Program-made: the position numbers and the translations under genes
Shown here: piece by piece, positions 12,102-22,473 of the stretch
Numbering within the stretch: the first letter of the stretch is position 1
How the letters are laid out: each line of letters opens with the position of its first letter
The notes under the pieces: generated by a model
What the model saw: only the letters and a program-made list of their open reading frames with translations
The model's database searches: none
What the model was told of the DNA's origin: nothing
NCBI GenBank assembly: GCA_964187785.1
Contig: OZ076409.1
Coordinates: forward strand, 95,358,001 to 95,422,000
DNA length: 64,000 bases
Reading direction: 5' to 3'
From: Amphiscolops sp. MND2022
Lineage: Eukaryota

Positions 12102-12834
12102 GTCAGTGACCCTTATAAACAGAAATTGTGTGTCGTTAGAAACAGTTGTAGGTTATTTTGATGTTAAAAATTCTGTTAAATCTATCGATTATTGTTTTTG
12201 AATGTCAGAAAAAAATCAGTTTTTACTGCCTAAACTTCATTGCTTTTACAAATAGGTTTCCTCTTGTAAGAATAATGAAAATTATAATTATAATTGCTGA
12301 ACGTCATCAAAATCACTCTACATCAAAATAGCCAGCAAAGCAATTTAACTTAATCAGCCTTGATTTCAAACTTCTACCGCATTCACTCAACATTTTTCCA
12401 GCTTCCCGGTTATTTTCATTTCAAACTTGACCAACTTTTGATCCCCCAATCAAAAATTAGGATTCAATTTTCAAAAGAGTAAAGTTTGTTAAATATGCAA
12501 AAAGACACTATTATGAGAATGTTATCAATTTAGAGTGCAGGAAAATACCCCAAGGGATACCCATAAGACTCAAAAACCTCTTTGTTACCAACTGTAAACA
12601 TCAAAAAACCATTTTTCAAAATATTTTTTTTCCAAAAATTTTTTTTTTGGAAAAAAATCTCGTAGTGCCGAATTGCTTATAGAAATCTGTCAGTCGTAAA
12701 CGCCGACTGAAAACCATTGAACTGACAACATCGTTTCAAGTAGTCAAATATTAAAGCTCAATATTTGTTTTTCTTACAATTTTTTGTGATGTCCGATTTT
12801 TTTAATAATACGGTTTTACACTGCCCTCCATATT

Positions 12835-12960
12835 TTATTTATTTATTTTATATATAATATATATAATATATATATAATATATTATATATAATATATATAT
12901 AATATATAATATTATATAATATATATAATATAAAATATAATATATATTTTATATTTATCT
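12835..12960. repeat. AT-only low-complexity microsatellite
   Basis: (TATAA/TATAT)n. Confidence 0.9.
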
Positions 12961-13050
12961 CCATATATTATCCATTTATTTACATTTTAGGTATTTTATA
13001 TGAAGGAATACAGTGTTTTCTTTTTTTTTGTGATCAAAGATGCACTTCAG

Positions 13051-13244
13051 GGTGGAGATCGAACACGTGGCGCGGACAGTGGGAGGGGCGTCAGTTTTTG
13101 AAGGTGGCACTTCTTGAGAAGTACAAGCTGAGCAGAATCGAGTTCAGCGAGGCCACTTCGTTCTCCGTGTTCGAGTTGGAGTACAGCTCCGACCCAGAAG
13201 GCATCCACTGGAGCACCTACCAAGAACAAGGACAGCCCAGACAG
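13051..13244 (+). CDS. Gene A exon, F5/8C core: GWRSN...QFLKVAL...FELEYSSDPEGIHWSTY
   Basis: cttcag/gtttca, phase 1-0; matches the F5/8C W...Q.L.V.L and F.LEYS.DG..W..Y pattern. Confidence 0.85.
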
Positions 13245-13284
13245 GTTTCAATTACACAATTACACACTTACACCCCCCCCGTGT

Positions 13285-13447
13285 ACAGACAAAAGCGCCC
13301 CAGACAAGAGGGCCACAGACAAAAAAGCTCCAAATAAAAGCGCCCCGGACAAACGCGCCTCAAACAAAAGCGCCCCAGACAAAAGCGCCCTAGTCAAAAG
13401 CGCCCGTTTTACACAGTCATGAGTGCCTTAGTCAAAAGCGCCCCAAT
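13285..13447 (+). repeat. aaaagcgccc repeat cluster, MITE left arm (inverted partner at ~22964-22983)
   Basis: ~8 copies of acaaaagcgcccc; agtcaaaagcgccccaat / attggggcgcttttgact. Confidence 0.65.
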
Positions 13448-13482
13448 GCAAAACGGTTTACTAATTTTAGGTTGATTAGTAA

Positions 13483-13802
13483 TAAAATAGCTATAGATTA
13501 TCGAATTCTACAGATCGTTTTTGGTCAAAGGAAAGTTAATCAATACTGTATTGCCGACTGAATGCAACAGATCCTTTTCAAAACCTTCGAATAATACGAA
13601 TGAAACATCAAAAGGATCAATATAATATTTGTCGATAATCAAATAAACATAAAAGTAGCATCAGTGTGGTAACTATTTGCAAACAATATTAGCAAGGCCT
13701 TTTTCGTATCGAATATTCGAATATTTTCTAGAATATTCTCGAATTTCCAAAACACGCAAATGAGTGACGTCTATTTGCTTTTAATCTTATTGCTTGTCAA
13801 CA
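13483..13802 (-). repeat. 3' LTR of BEL/Pao element
   Basis: Direct repeat of 22474-22793; preceded on the element strand by GGGCCCGGAGGA. Confidence 0.95.
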
Positions 13803-13948
13803 TCCTCCGGGCCCAAGGAGATGTGGAGAAATGAATTAATCAAAAATTTTCCAAAATTATTATTATTAATTTTTTTTTTCATACATGTTACATGAAATAT
13901 AAGAATTTACGGTGAACGAAACAAAAACAAAATAATACAGTTTATAGT

Positions 13949-16429
13949 TTATTCGGGAATGGGGAGAACGGGAGCGAGCTTGACAACTGGGCGAACAAGG
14001 TTTCCGGTAGAGGTCTTGACTTCAGCCGAACGGGCGATGGCGTCGGTGCCGTAGTTTAACTTCACTACACGACCAAGTGGGTAATGTCCTCTTGGAGCGG
14101 TAGGTTCGACTAACCAGACGAGATCTCCGGTCTTCAGATCTCGGTCTGACGATTTGGACCATTTCGAGCGACGGTTGAAGTTTGGAACGTACTCCTTGAG
14201 CCAACGATTCCAAATTGCGTCTGAATACGCTTGAGCTCGAACGTATCGCTTTCGATGGTCTATTTCGGGGCGGAAGTGTGATGGCAATGTTGAACTTGCA
14301 GTTCCAAGGAGAAAGTGGTTTGGTGTAAGAGCGTCGAGATCAGTAGCTTCAGGGCTCACGGGAGTGATTGGGCGAGCATTGAGACATTGTTCTACCAAGC
14401 AGAACGTGGTCGTCAAGATTTCGTCTGTCAAACGGCGGTTTCCTAGAATGGCATAGAAAACGTGCTTGAAGCTACGAACTAGGCGTTCCCAAACACCTCC
14501 GTGATGAGGAGCACTTGGTGGGTTAAACTTCCACTTTATGCCTTTCTTTACAAGTGTTTCTCCGAGGACTTGCTGATTCCAGTTGTTGATGTTGGACAAA
14601 AGTTCTTTCTCGCTAGCAACGAAGTTTGTTCCATTGTCGGACCAGATTACTGATGGGATTCCACGACGGGCACAAAATCTTTCTATTCCCATCACACAGC
14701 TACTGGTGTCCATGCTAGGAACTACTTCAAAGTGGACAGTGCGAGTGGTGAGACATGTGAAAAGGAAGCCCCAACGTTTTTCAGTGGACCGCCTCACGGT
14801 TACAAAGAAGGGTCCGAAATAGTCTACACCTGTGTTCGAGAAAGGTGGTTCTTTGAAAGCAAGTCTTTCTCGCGGGAGGTCCGCCATCACTGGAGTAACG
14901 GTTTCAGCCCTTCGCTTGCGGCATGTAACACACCTTGAAACTATTGTTCTCAAAGTTGCTCGCAGTTTGATTACGGCAAGACGTTGCTGTATCAAAGCGC
15001 GGAGGTAGTCAACACCTTGATGACAATGTCGGACGTGCGTGTGTTCCAACAAGAGTCGAACCAAGGGATGTCGGGCGTCCAAAAGAATGGGGTATTTCAC
15101 ATCGAATGTTGCACCGTCAAGGTTTCTTGTTCGACCAGAGGTTCTGAGGAGCCCGTTGGGTCCTATAAAGGGAGAAAATTGGGCAAGTTTGGAAGTTTTA
15201 CTGAGCGGAGTTGACTTCAGCAAATTACTTCTTTCAACTTGGAATGATTCTGCCTGAGTCAGGTAGAAAAGACGTTGTTCGGCATTATCAAGTTCGGCCG
15301 GATCCATAATGGCACCTGTGTCTGTCCTGTATTCGCTGTTTCTTGGTAAGAGCCGCAAAACATAGGCTGCAATGCGCAGGAGTTTCTCGTATGAGCAATA
15401 CTTCTGCCACTCGAAAGTTTTTGCAATTGCAACTTGGGTTTCGCACAGTATTGACGAAGAGTCTGTAACTAGTTTGTCAGTCGGATCCGGTTTCACTTGT
15501 TTCAGTTTCTGTCGGAAGTCTTCAGATGGCCTGAAGGGCCATTGGTTTGTTTTCAAGAAGTCGGGGCCTTTTAACCAACTACTTTGCAGGAGCGTCTTGG
15601 CAGACAAACCTCTAGTTCCGGCGTCAGCAGGGTTGTCGGCGGATTGAACATGGTACCACTCATCTGCAGTTGTCAGTTCGAGTATCTCTGCAACACGGTT
15701 TGCAACGAACACCGGCTGTTTCTCAAGAGAATGTAGCCACTGAAGGACCGTAGTACTGTCAGTCCACATAAATGTTCTTTCAATCTGCAAAGTGAGCGCG
15801 CGTTGCACTTCGTTTCTCAATCTTGCGGCGAGTAACGCGGCTTGCAGTTCGAGTTTGGGAATGGTCATTGCTTTCATTGGCGCAACTCGTGCTTTGCCAA
15901 ATACAAAGGCTATTTCAGTAGAACAACCATCTCCAGTGTTGACTTTCCCTCTGAGGAAAGCTACGGCACTAAAGACATCTTGCGAACTGTCACCGAACAT
16001 ATGTAACTCCAAACGCTCGATATTTTGCTGGAAGTAACTTCTTGGGATCACGAGTTCACTAAGAGTTCCCAGTTCAGAACGCCAGTCCAGAAACTTGGTT
16101 ACAATGTCCTCCGGGAGAAGGTCATCCCATTTCTGGCCGCTCAGTCTCCATATGTCTTTCAGCAGAAGTCGGGCTTTCACGGTGTACGGTGCTACGAGCC
16201 CAATAGGGTCGTACACGGCGGAGACGAGGCTGAGAACAACTCGTTGAGTAAAAGTTCGGTTTGTGTCGGGAGTGGTGCCTCGGCTAACAACAAGTGTATC
16301 CGAGACGTGGTTCCATTTGAGGCCAAGTACGTGCGATGATTCCTCAGTTGTCGGTAACTGTTTACCATCGTTGGGTTGGCACTCAGAATTTGGTTCGATT
16401 TGTTGCAAGATGTTTCGGTCATTAGACAC
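13949..16429 (-). CDS. pol: BEL/Pao polyprotein C-part: RT thumb, RNase H, integrase (frameshifted from the N-part)
   Basis: VLGLKW, YDPIG, FGDSS, TIPKLEL, WTDS, NPAD; HHCC, GVDYFGP, SDNGTNF, GGVWE, LTPNHFL. Confidence 0.92.
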   Translation of the reverse strand: MSNDRNILQQIEPNSECQPNDGKQLPTTEESSHVLGLKWNHVSDTLVVSRGTTPDTNRTFTQRVVLSLVSAVYDPIGLVAPYTVKARLLLKDIWRLSGQKWDDLLPEDIVTKFLDWRSELGTLSELVIPRSYFQQNIERLELHMFGDSSQDVFSAVAFLRGKVNTGDGCSTEIAFVFGKARVAPMKAMTIPKLELQAALLAARLRNEVQRALTLQIERTFMWTDSTTVLQWLHSLEKQPVFVANRVAEILELTTADEWYHVQSADNPADAGTRGLSAKTLLQSSWLKGPDFLKTNQWPFRPSEDFRQKLKQVKPDPTDKLVTDSSSILCETQVAIAKTFEWQKYCSYEKLLRIAAYVLRLLPRNSEYRTDTGAIMDPAELDNAEQRLFYLTQAESFQVERSNLLKSTPLSKTSKLAQFSPFIGPNGLLRTSGRTRNLDGATFDVKYPILLDARHPLVRLLLEHTHVRHCHQGVDYLRALIQQRLAVIKLRATLRTIVSRCVTCRKRRAETVTPVMADLPRERLAFKEPPFSNTGVDYFGPFFVTVRRSTEKRWGFLFTCLTTRTVHFEVVPSMDTSSCVMGIERFCARRGIPSVIWSDNGTNFVASEKELLSNINNWNQQVLGETLVKKGIKWKFNPPSAPHHGGVWERLVRSFKHVFYAILGNRRLTDEILTTTFCLVEQCLNARPITPVSPEATDLDALTPNHFLLGTASSTLPSHFRPEIDHRKRYVRAQAYSDAIWNRWLKEYVPNFNRRSKWSKSSDRDLKTGDLVWLVEPTAPRGHYPLGRVVKLNYGTDAIARSAEVKTSTGNLVRPVVKLAPVLPIPE

Positions 16430-19400
16430 AAACTTTGGCTTTCTGGGTAGCTTCGTCGGCAGTGGGGCTAGACTCGAGGTAGTCGTCCATGTAGAAATTC
16501 GTCTGCACGCTTTGAGCGGCTTTCGGAAATTTGTCGACGTTGTCGGTTGCGGTCCTCTTCAGAGCGTAATTTGCGCAAGTCGGGGAGTCCTTCGACCCAA
16601 AGATGTGTCTTACGTACTGAAAAACAGCAACTTCAGTTGATGGATCCTCCTGCCACAAAAAACGAATGGACGGTTGGTCTTTCGGTATAACTCCCACTTG
16701 TAAGAACATGCCTTCAATGTCGGCGGACACGGCCTTGGGGAATTGACGGAATCTGAAGAGGATATGGATCAAACTTTGCAGTAGATCTGGACCGGTTAGA
16801 AGGGCGTTGTTCAAAGAGTGTCCATGGAACTTTGCAGCACCATTGAGAACTCTTCTCACTTTGCCGGGTTTGTGCGGGTGTACTACGGGGTGATGTGGCA
16901 AGTACCACTCACGACGGTTATCGGTACGGAAACATTCGGACTTATCGACTCGAACGATATACCCTTTTTCGAAGTCCTCTCTGATTGTCTTGCTGTAGCT
17001 CTCTTTCAGTTGAGGATCTTTTCCGAGGCGGCGTTCTAACGACTTAAGTTGTACAAGAGCCGAGAAGTAGTTGTTCGGCAACGTACTTTCTTCGTCGGCC
17101 CACAACATTCCAACTTGGTAACGGCAGCCATCGTTGAATGTCGTCTCTTCGAGGATTTTCATCGCTCGCGCATCGGCTGCGGAGCGAGTGTCAACTTGCT
17201 TGTAGGCACCATATGACTCAATGTCGTACCAGCTGCGAAGTTGTTCGGCAAGAATAGAATCCTTCTCTGAGCTAGTGACAGCTTTGAAGCATGTCGAGAA
17301 AAGACCCGTGGTGGAAGGAAGCGGACCACTCAGTACCCAACCCAACGGTGAACGGACGGCTATTGGAGTATTCGGACGGTCGGTTTCGAAGTACTCCAAT
17401 GGGCGGATACAGTGGAAGACATCCTGACCAAGGATCATCTCTACGTCTGAATAGCTGTACTTGCTGAGGGGGATCGGTTCCAGATGCGGGTAAGTCGTTT
17501 TCAGTTTGTCAACGTCGATAATGTCGTTTCCAACTTTCAAATTGTCTCGGACGTAAGGAGTGACAGGAAAAGATGAACAAGAGCCACCCGAATGAACGGG
17601 TGTCAACTTAAGCTCAACCGTTTCCGTGTCAATCAGTTGTTGGGAGTTTATCCCATGTACGGTTAACTTGGTTGCTGAGCCCTTAACTTGTAGCTTGTCG
17701 GCTAATCTTCTCGAGATCCATGAATGACTACAAGCTGAGTCACACAATGCAAGAATTTTAGCGGAGCTCGACGGCGATGTCAATTCGACTTCTGTTATTT
17801 GCAACAAGCCTTTAACGTCGGTTACGGAAGGCATGCCGGAGCTTTCGCTGCTTGTTTGTCTTTGGCTGACCTTTGTTGTTTTACTACTTTGAGAATTTTT
17901 CGTGTCGCCGGGATTTTTCTGTGGAAAAATTCTCTCAGACCCGTGGAGTAGAGTGTTATGAGAGCTGCTACAGCCGTCTTTGGTGCATTTTCTTGGTTGC
18001 GGGCATTGCCGGAATGAATGTCCTTCGTTCAGACAAGAAAAGCAGAGTTTGCTCTCAGCGGCTAGCTTGGTTCTCTCTGTCGGAGTTTTTCGGCGGAATA
18101 CTGTACAACGCCAAAGCGGGTGGTTTTCCTTACAAGCTACACATTGTTTCTCATTTTTACTTTTGGCGCCAGCGTTCCCTTGGTTACTGGTGGTCGCCGC
18201 AAAAACCTTGGTTCCTGTTTTTGTCTTGGTTACGCTAGTGACAGGAACTTCTTCGGATCTTGGTTTACTGGAGGCGGCTTTCATTCTTTCGTGTGCCTCT
18301 GCCTTCTCCTTCAGCCAATCGTTAAAGTGAATCAAAGTCGGCCGATCCAGATTCCGTTTGACGGTGTTCATCGACCACGCCTCCTTCAAATTTGGTGGGA
18401 GTTTTTGAACTGCTTGGCCCAGGAGAGAAGCACTCGACAGATCCTGCAGGTAGTTCAAGGATCGGAAAACGCCGACCAGTGAGGAAACTGTGGCAGAATA
18501 GCTAATGATACTGTCGCTATTGTGCATCTTTACTAGCGGATAGTTGGCAAGTTTGTCCAAGTAGGCACTAACAACAGTCTGAGGTTGCCCAAACTTTCGT
18601 TCCAACGTTTTCAGCGCGTCTTTATACATAGTACCGCAGTATGCAAACTCGGCGATAGCAGTCTTCGCCTTACCGGACACCAATGTCTTCAAGTAGGTCA
18701 GTTTCACGTCATCGGTAAGGGGCGCTGAATCGATGGCACTCTTGAACTGGCCAAACCACTCGTGCCATTGAAGTGGATCTCCACTGTACTGGGCCAGTTT
18801 CCATTCAGGGAGGTGATCCCTCTTCGAGGACGCTAGTAGTTGCGCAAGATCTTGGACAGTGAAACTGTTAGTAGCAGGTTGCGGTACATTGACGAACGGA
18901 GGAGTTGCCAATAGTGTTGCTGTTGAAGGAACGGCCGGGAAAGTAGTCGGTACTGGTGCGCTGCTCGGTGCGGGCACAGTTGCAAGGGACGTCGGGTTAA
19001 TATAGTATACTGTTCCTCCAGCGGTGACTGGGATAACAGGCGAAGCTGTTGGAGTGACACTAGTAGCCGGTAAAACTGTCGGAAACACAGTGGCGCTTGA
19101 AGTTACGGGGGTTACTGTGACGGGCGGGTTACTTGGTCCTGTCGGAAACGTCCAGGCTGATAAATTCGGAAGAACATGACTTGCGGGAACGGTGACTGTT
19201 GAAATCGGAATTGACGTGGCGGTTGCCAAAGGAGCTGAGGCTGAAGCAGTTACCGATGGAGCATTTGTCCCTTGAAGCGTTGTGGTCGACTGGGGAACCT
19301 GGACGTGGCCAGTGTTTGGTAGGTAAACTATTGAAGCTGGTCCTGTAGCTGGAGGCATATTGTTAGTCGTCGAAGCGGTTGGAAGGGCTACAGGAGTCAC

Positions 19401-20309
19401 TACTGGGAAGCTAGGTGTTGGCGTTGTTGTAGGAGCTCCTCTGTTGACTGAATTTTGTGCTGCGGTAGTGACGATAACGACATTCGGTTCCAAAATAACG
19501 GTGTTTGTGGGATCACTTGCACTAGCAACGGGTGAATTGTTAACCCACTCGCTGACTCGGACAGTGTCGTCGGCTTTAGTCGAAGCCGCTAGTTGTGAAA
19601 CTGTGTCTAGAAACTCCGATTGAGAGTCCGACAAGTCCTCAGTTAGTTCAAGCTCGGTGAGTGTTGCTTCAGCTAGTTTCTTTCGGTTTTCTTCTTCTAA
19701 CTGTTCAACTCGAAGTGCTTGTTCTTTCTTAAGTCGGTCGGTTCTCAGTCTAAGGAGTTCCTGTTCTTCCTGTAGACGTTCGAGTTCCAGTTCCTGCTGT
19801 TGCTTTGCAATTCTAAGGGCGGCTTCGTTTTGCCTTTCTATCTCCTCCTTACGTTGCTTGGCAATTAGCAAGTCTCGTTGCCGTTGACTGGATGTTCTCG
19901 ATTGTCTGGATGTCCTTGTGGTAGACGTTTTGCTTGGTTGCTTGCTCTTGGTGACAGTCGTTGACGATTGAGATGCTCCATCGACTAGTGGGCATTGATC
20001 GATGTAATCGCGAGCCTTTTTTAAAATCTCATCGTTTCGAGTGGTCACTTCATTCAACCAAGTTTCCAAATCCTGTTTAACAAGTGATGGATCTTCTGTT
20101 TTGCCAGCGAGTTCGAAAAGTTGTTCATGTTTGGCAAACAGTTTCGTCATCGCTTCATCGCAGGAAGTAACAAGTCTTTCAACTCGGACACGTCTATCTT
20201 TGTTCTCCACGGCATCTTGAACCTTTTCTTGCAATTTCTCTAACTCGGTCTCGGCTTTAGCACGATTTTCATGAAGCTTTCTAACTTTGTCTTGCTTGGC
20301 ATCGGTCAT
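16422..20309 (-). CDS. gag-pol: BEL/Pao polyprotein N-part: Gag (coiled coil, T/P-rich linker, three Cys/His knuckles), protease, RT to YMDD
   Basis: CVAC..H...C, CFSC...GH...C, CTKDGC...H..LLH; LCDSACSHSWI; YLPHHPV, GPDLL, DIEGMFLQV, FYMDD. Confidence 0.92.
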   Translation of the reverse strand: MTDAKQDKVRKLHENRAKAETELEKLQEKVQDAVENKDRRVRVERLVTSCDEAMTKLFAKHEQLFELAGKTEDPSLVKQDLETWLNEVTTRNDEILKKARDYIDQCPLVDGASQSSTTVTKSKQPSKTSTTRTSRQSRTSSQRQRDLLIAKQRKEEIERQNEAALRIAKQQQELELERLQEEQELLRLRTDRLKKEQALRVEQLEEENRKKLAEATLTELELTEDLSDSQSEFLDTVSQLAASTKADDTVRVSEWVNNSPVASASDPTNTVILEPNVVIVTTAAQNSVNRGAPTTTPTPSFPVVTPVALPTASTTNNMPPATGPASIVYLPNTGHVQVPQSTTTLQGTNAPSVTASASAPLATATSIPISTVTVPASHVLPNLSAWTFPTGPSNPPVTVTPVTSSATVFPTVLPATSVTPTASPVIPVTAGGTVYYINPTSLATVPAPSSAPVPTTFPAVPSTATLLATPPFVNVPQPATNSFTVQDLAQLLASSKRDHLPEWKLAQYSGDPLQWHEWFGQFKSAIDSAPLTDDVKLTYLKTLVSGKAKTAIAEFAYCGTMYKDALKTLERKFGQPQTVVSAYLDKLANYPLVKMHNSDSIISYSATVSSLVGVFRSLNYLQDLSSASLLGQAVQKLPPNLKEAWSMNTVKRNLDRPTLIHFNDWLKEKAEAHERMKAASSKPRSEEVPVTSVTKTKTGTKVFAATTSNQGNAGAKSKNEKQCVACKENHPLWRCTVFRRKTPTERTKLAAESKLCFSCLNEGHSFRQCPQPRKCTKDGCSSSHNTLLHGSERIFPQKNPGDTKNSQSSKTTKVSQRQTSSESSGMPSVTDVKGLLQITEVELTSPSSSAKILALCDSACSHSWISRRLADKLQVKGSATKLTVHGINSQQLIDTETVELKLTPVHSGGSCSSFPVTPYVRDNLKVGNDIIDVDKLKTTYPHLEPIPLSKYSYSDVEMILGQDVFHCIRPLEYFETDRPNTPIAVRSPLGWVLSGPLPSTTGLFSTCFKAVTSSEKDSILAEQLRSWYDIESYGAYKQVDTRSAADARAMKILEETTFNDGCRYQVGMLWADEESTLPNNYFSALVQLKSLERRLGKDPQLKESYSKTIREDFEKGYIVRVDKSECFRTDNRREWYLPHHPVVHPHKPGKVRRVLNGAAKFHGHSLNNALLTGPDLLQSLIHILFRFRQFPKAVSADIEGMFLQVGVIPKDQPSIRFLWQEDPSTEVAVFQYVRHIFGSKDSPTCANYALKRTATDNVDKFPKAAQSVQTNFYMDDYLESSPTADEATQKAKVCV

Positions 20310-20854
20310 TTTTGTAGTGAATTTTCGTCAGAAAATGAATCAAGGTAGTAAGAAAAGAGTTAATTCAAACAGATTGAGGAGTAACTTCTTCGACAGCGTC
20401 AACCAAGCAATTAAGCTTAGACACAGCTGAACAGAGAAATTCTGTGTTAACGGTAACGTTGTAGGTAGAATGATGGGGGCTGTATCTCACGATAACAGCA
20501 ACGGTAGATTGATTTTACAATTATTTGTTTTTTAAAAGTAGTTACGAAAAACGGGGAGAAGTTACATGGGACGAGACGGCGATTAAAAAGCACGCTCTTC
20601 CCGAAAGGATGATGGTTCGTCCAATAATGAATGCCCGAAGGGCGGAAGAAGGCCGGAAGAACTTCAACCAGACAATAAAGTCTGGACACCGTCCAAACGG
20701 CAGAAAGAAAGACGGGGAATAACTTCTGAGTATCAACCGGACAATTAAGTCCGGACACAACTCAAGAAGGCGGATTACCTACTGCAGGAACTTCAACCAG
20801 ACAATGAAGTCTGGACACCGTAACTACAGTACAGTAAAGACGGATGGAGGGGGT

Positions 20855-21472
20855 CTAGGACGAAGCAGCGACAGCCGCTGCGTTCTTGATTGCCTTTCGG
20901 GCGCGCTTACTAGGCCGCTTGGGGCGGCTTTTGTCGGTGATGGCGTCAAGCTTGCTTTCTTTTCTCAGAATAAAGTCAATATGCTTTATTTCAATCTCGG
21001 GGCTCTGGTGTAATGCCTTGAGTTTTTTGAGAAAGTCGGGATCTTTCTGTTTTTTCGTGGAAATGAAATCTTCAACGATGTTGAACACTTTAATGTTCGT
21101 GGAATTTTCTAATTCCTTCAAATTTTCACAAATGTTTGGTGTACGGAATCGGTGGCAGTACACTAGAGCCCGGAGTTTGTTTTCAATCGATTTTAAAATT
21201 TCTACTAATTGCGGGACAGTTAAAGGACGGAAATTATTACTCTCGTGTTTGGAAATGCTATTATTCAACACATCATGCCAAATAACAATGTCAGTTTTGT
21301 CAGAAAGATCTTTTGAGAGCAAATTTTGTACTAATTTTTTGGGATTTTTCGTGTTAGGGTTAAGGCTCAGGCCCGGGATTGAGAAAATTTTTTCGTTATA
21401 GGTTTTTCGGTTTTCGGGGTTCAGAGTGTAAAGAGCATGATCAACGGAACTTGCCGCTACAATGAATACCAT
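20855..21472 (-). CDS. Accessory ORF inside the BEL/Pao element, 205 aa, SGNH/GDSL-esterase-like
   Basis: Intact ATG-TAG frame; motif order VFIVAASS / SIPG / IVIWHDVLNN / ALH; basic tail RPKRPSKRARK. Confidence 0.65.
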   Translation of the reverse strand: MVFIVAASSVDHALYTLNPENRKTYNEKIFSIPGLSLNPNTKNPKKLVQNLLSKDLSDKTDIVIWHDVLNNSISKHESNNFRPLTVPQLVEILKSIENKLRALVYCHRFRTPNICENLKELENSTNIKVFNIVEDFISTKKQKDPDFLKKLKALHQSPEIEIKHIDFILRKESKLDAITDKSRPKRPSKRARKAIKNAAAVAASS

Positions 21473-22455
21473 TAGTTTTTTTTTCTTCTGTGATTCACAA
21501 ACTTTCACGCTTTTTCACGAAAATCAAAGAAGCAATCGCGCTAATTCGCAGCAAGTCACCTTTGTGTCGTCCATTAAAATCACAAGAAAAACCAAAAAGT
21601 TGGCACAGCCAAAAAGTTTCTTTTTTGGTAGGGTTTTCCCTGAAAAATTGGCTTTTTTGTATCACTTTCAAGGCCTTGCTATCAACGAAGCACCAATTCG
21701 ATCACTGTTTTTTAAAGTTTTTAAATCAATTTTTACATAACCAGTTATTTGGAGTAGTCGGGTTAGAAGGGTGCCCGCCTACCGGGCTTGGGGGCACCTT
21801 CGGGGATCACGGTTTGCTGTCGGGTGTGGGTATTTATGGGTAGTGCTCTGGGTTTGCCGCGTTAACTTTTCTCGATGTAGCCTTCCAAACTGCAGATCGA
21901 AAAGCAGCTTATACCAATTTCTGAAGCAGCCTCTGATTGATACTGGAAGGTTGTTGTATCCGTCTCTTTTTTATGATATGCTGTCGTTCCCCTGTTAAGA
22001 TGGCTGATTGACGTTGAGTTCTGATGCAAGCATAAAAGTGTAATAATTATGGTCAAGCAAAAAGAAAGCATCGTCTACTCCTTCGTCGTCATCGTCCTTC
22101 CGTAGTCACCATTACGATTGGGGATACAAAATTTGTGATGAGGAAGGTCTCATCCTGAGCATTGACTGGTTCAATAAGCTGTGTATAATGAATTAGAACA
22201 GCGGTAAGCTAGGATAAATTTGTGATCAATTACCTACACGGCAAGATAAAATTGAAAATAGAAATGAGACAAAGAGTTGTTACTCGGGTAACATCCAAAT
22301 ATCATAAGGCCACGGCAGCAGGCGATTTCATCCTTTAATTTACACGAGTCAACACGAGGTTTCGTTTTCGTGAATTATCGTACTAGATATCCAGCTGAAT
22401 TATATTTTTGATCGATCATTCAAGCTATGCAGAAGTATATCAAGGAAGCAGTCGT

Positions 22456-22473
22456 GCCTCTCTATGGCCACCA
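22456..22473 (-). promoter_or_regulatory. Primer binding site (TGGTGGCCA..., possibly tRNA-Ile)
   Basis: Abuts the 5' LTR; TGGTGGCC is complementary to a ...GGCCA-CCA tRNA 3' end. Confidence 0.65.

Noticed and set aside
16422..16431. Programmed gag-pol frameshift
   Set aside because: The break lies inside RT, conserved residues are missing and no slippery heptamer is seen
14583..21401. Plus-strand ORFs overlapping BEL gag-pol and the accessory ORF
   Set aside because: Antisense shadows of long coding frames, no motifs
21862..22071. 69-aa ORF with a hydrophobic N-terminus in the BEL leader (env-like or secreted?)
   Set aside because: Too short, no transmembrane anchor or recognisable motif; unsupported without family conservation
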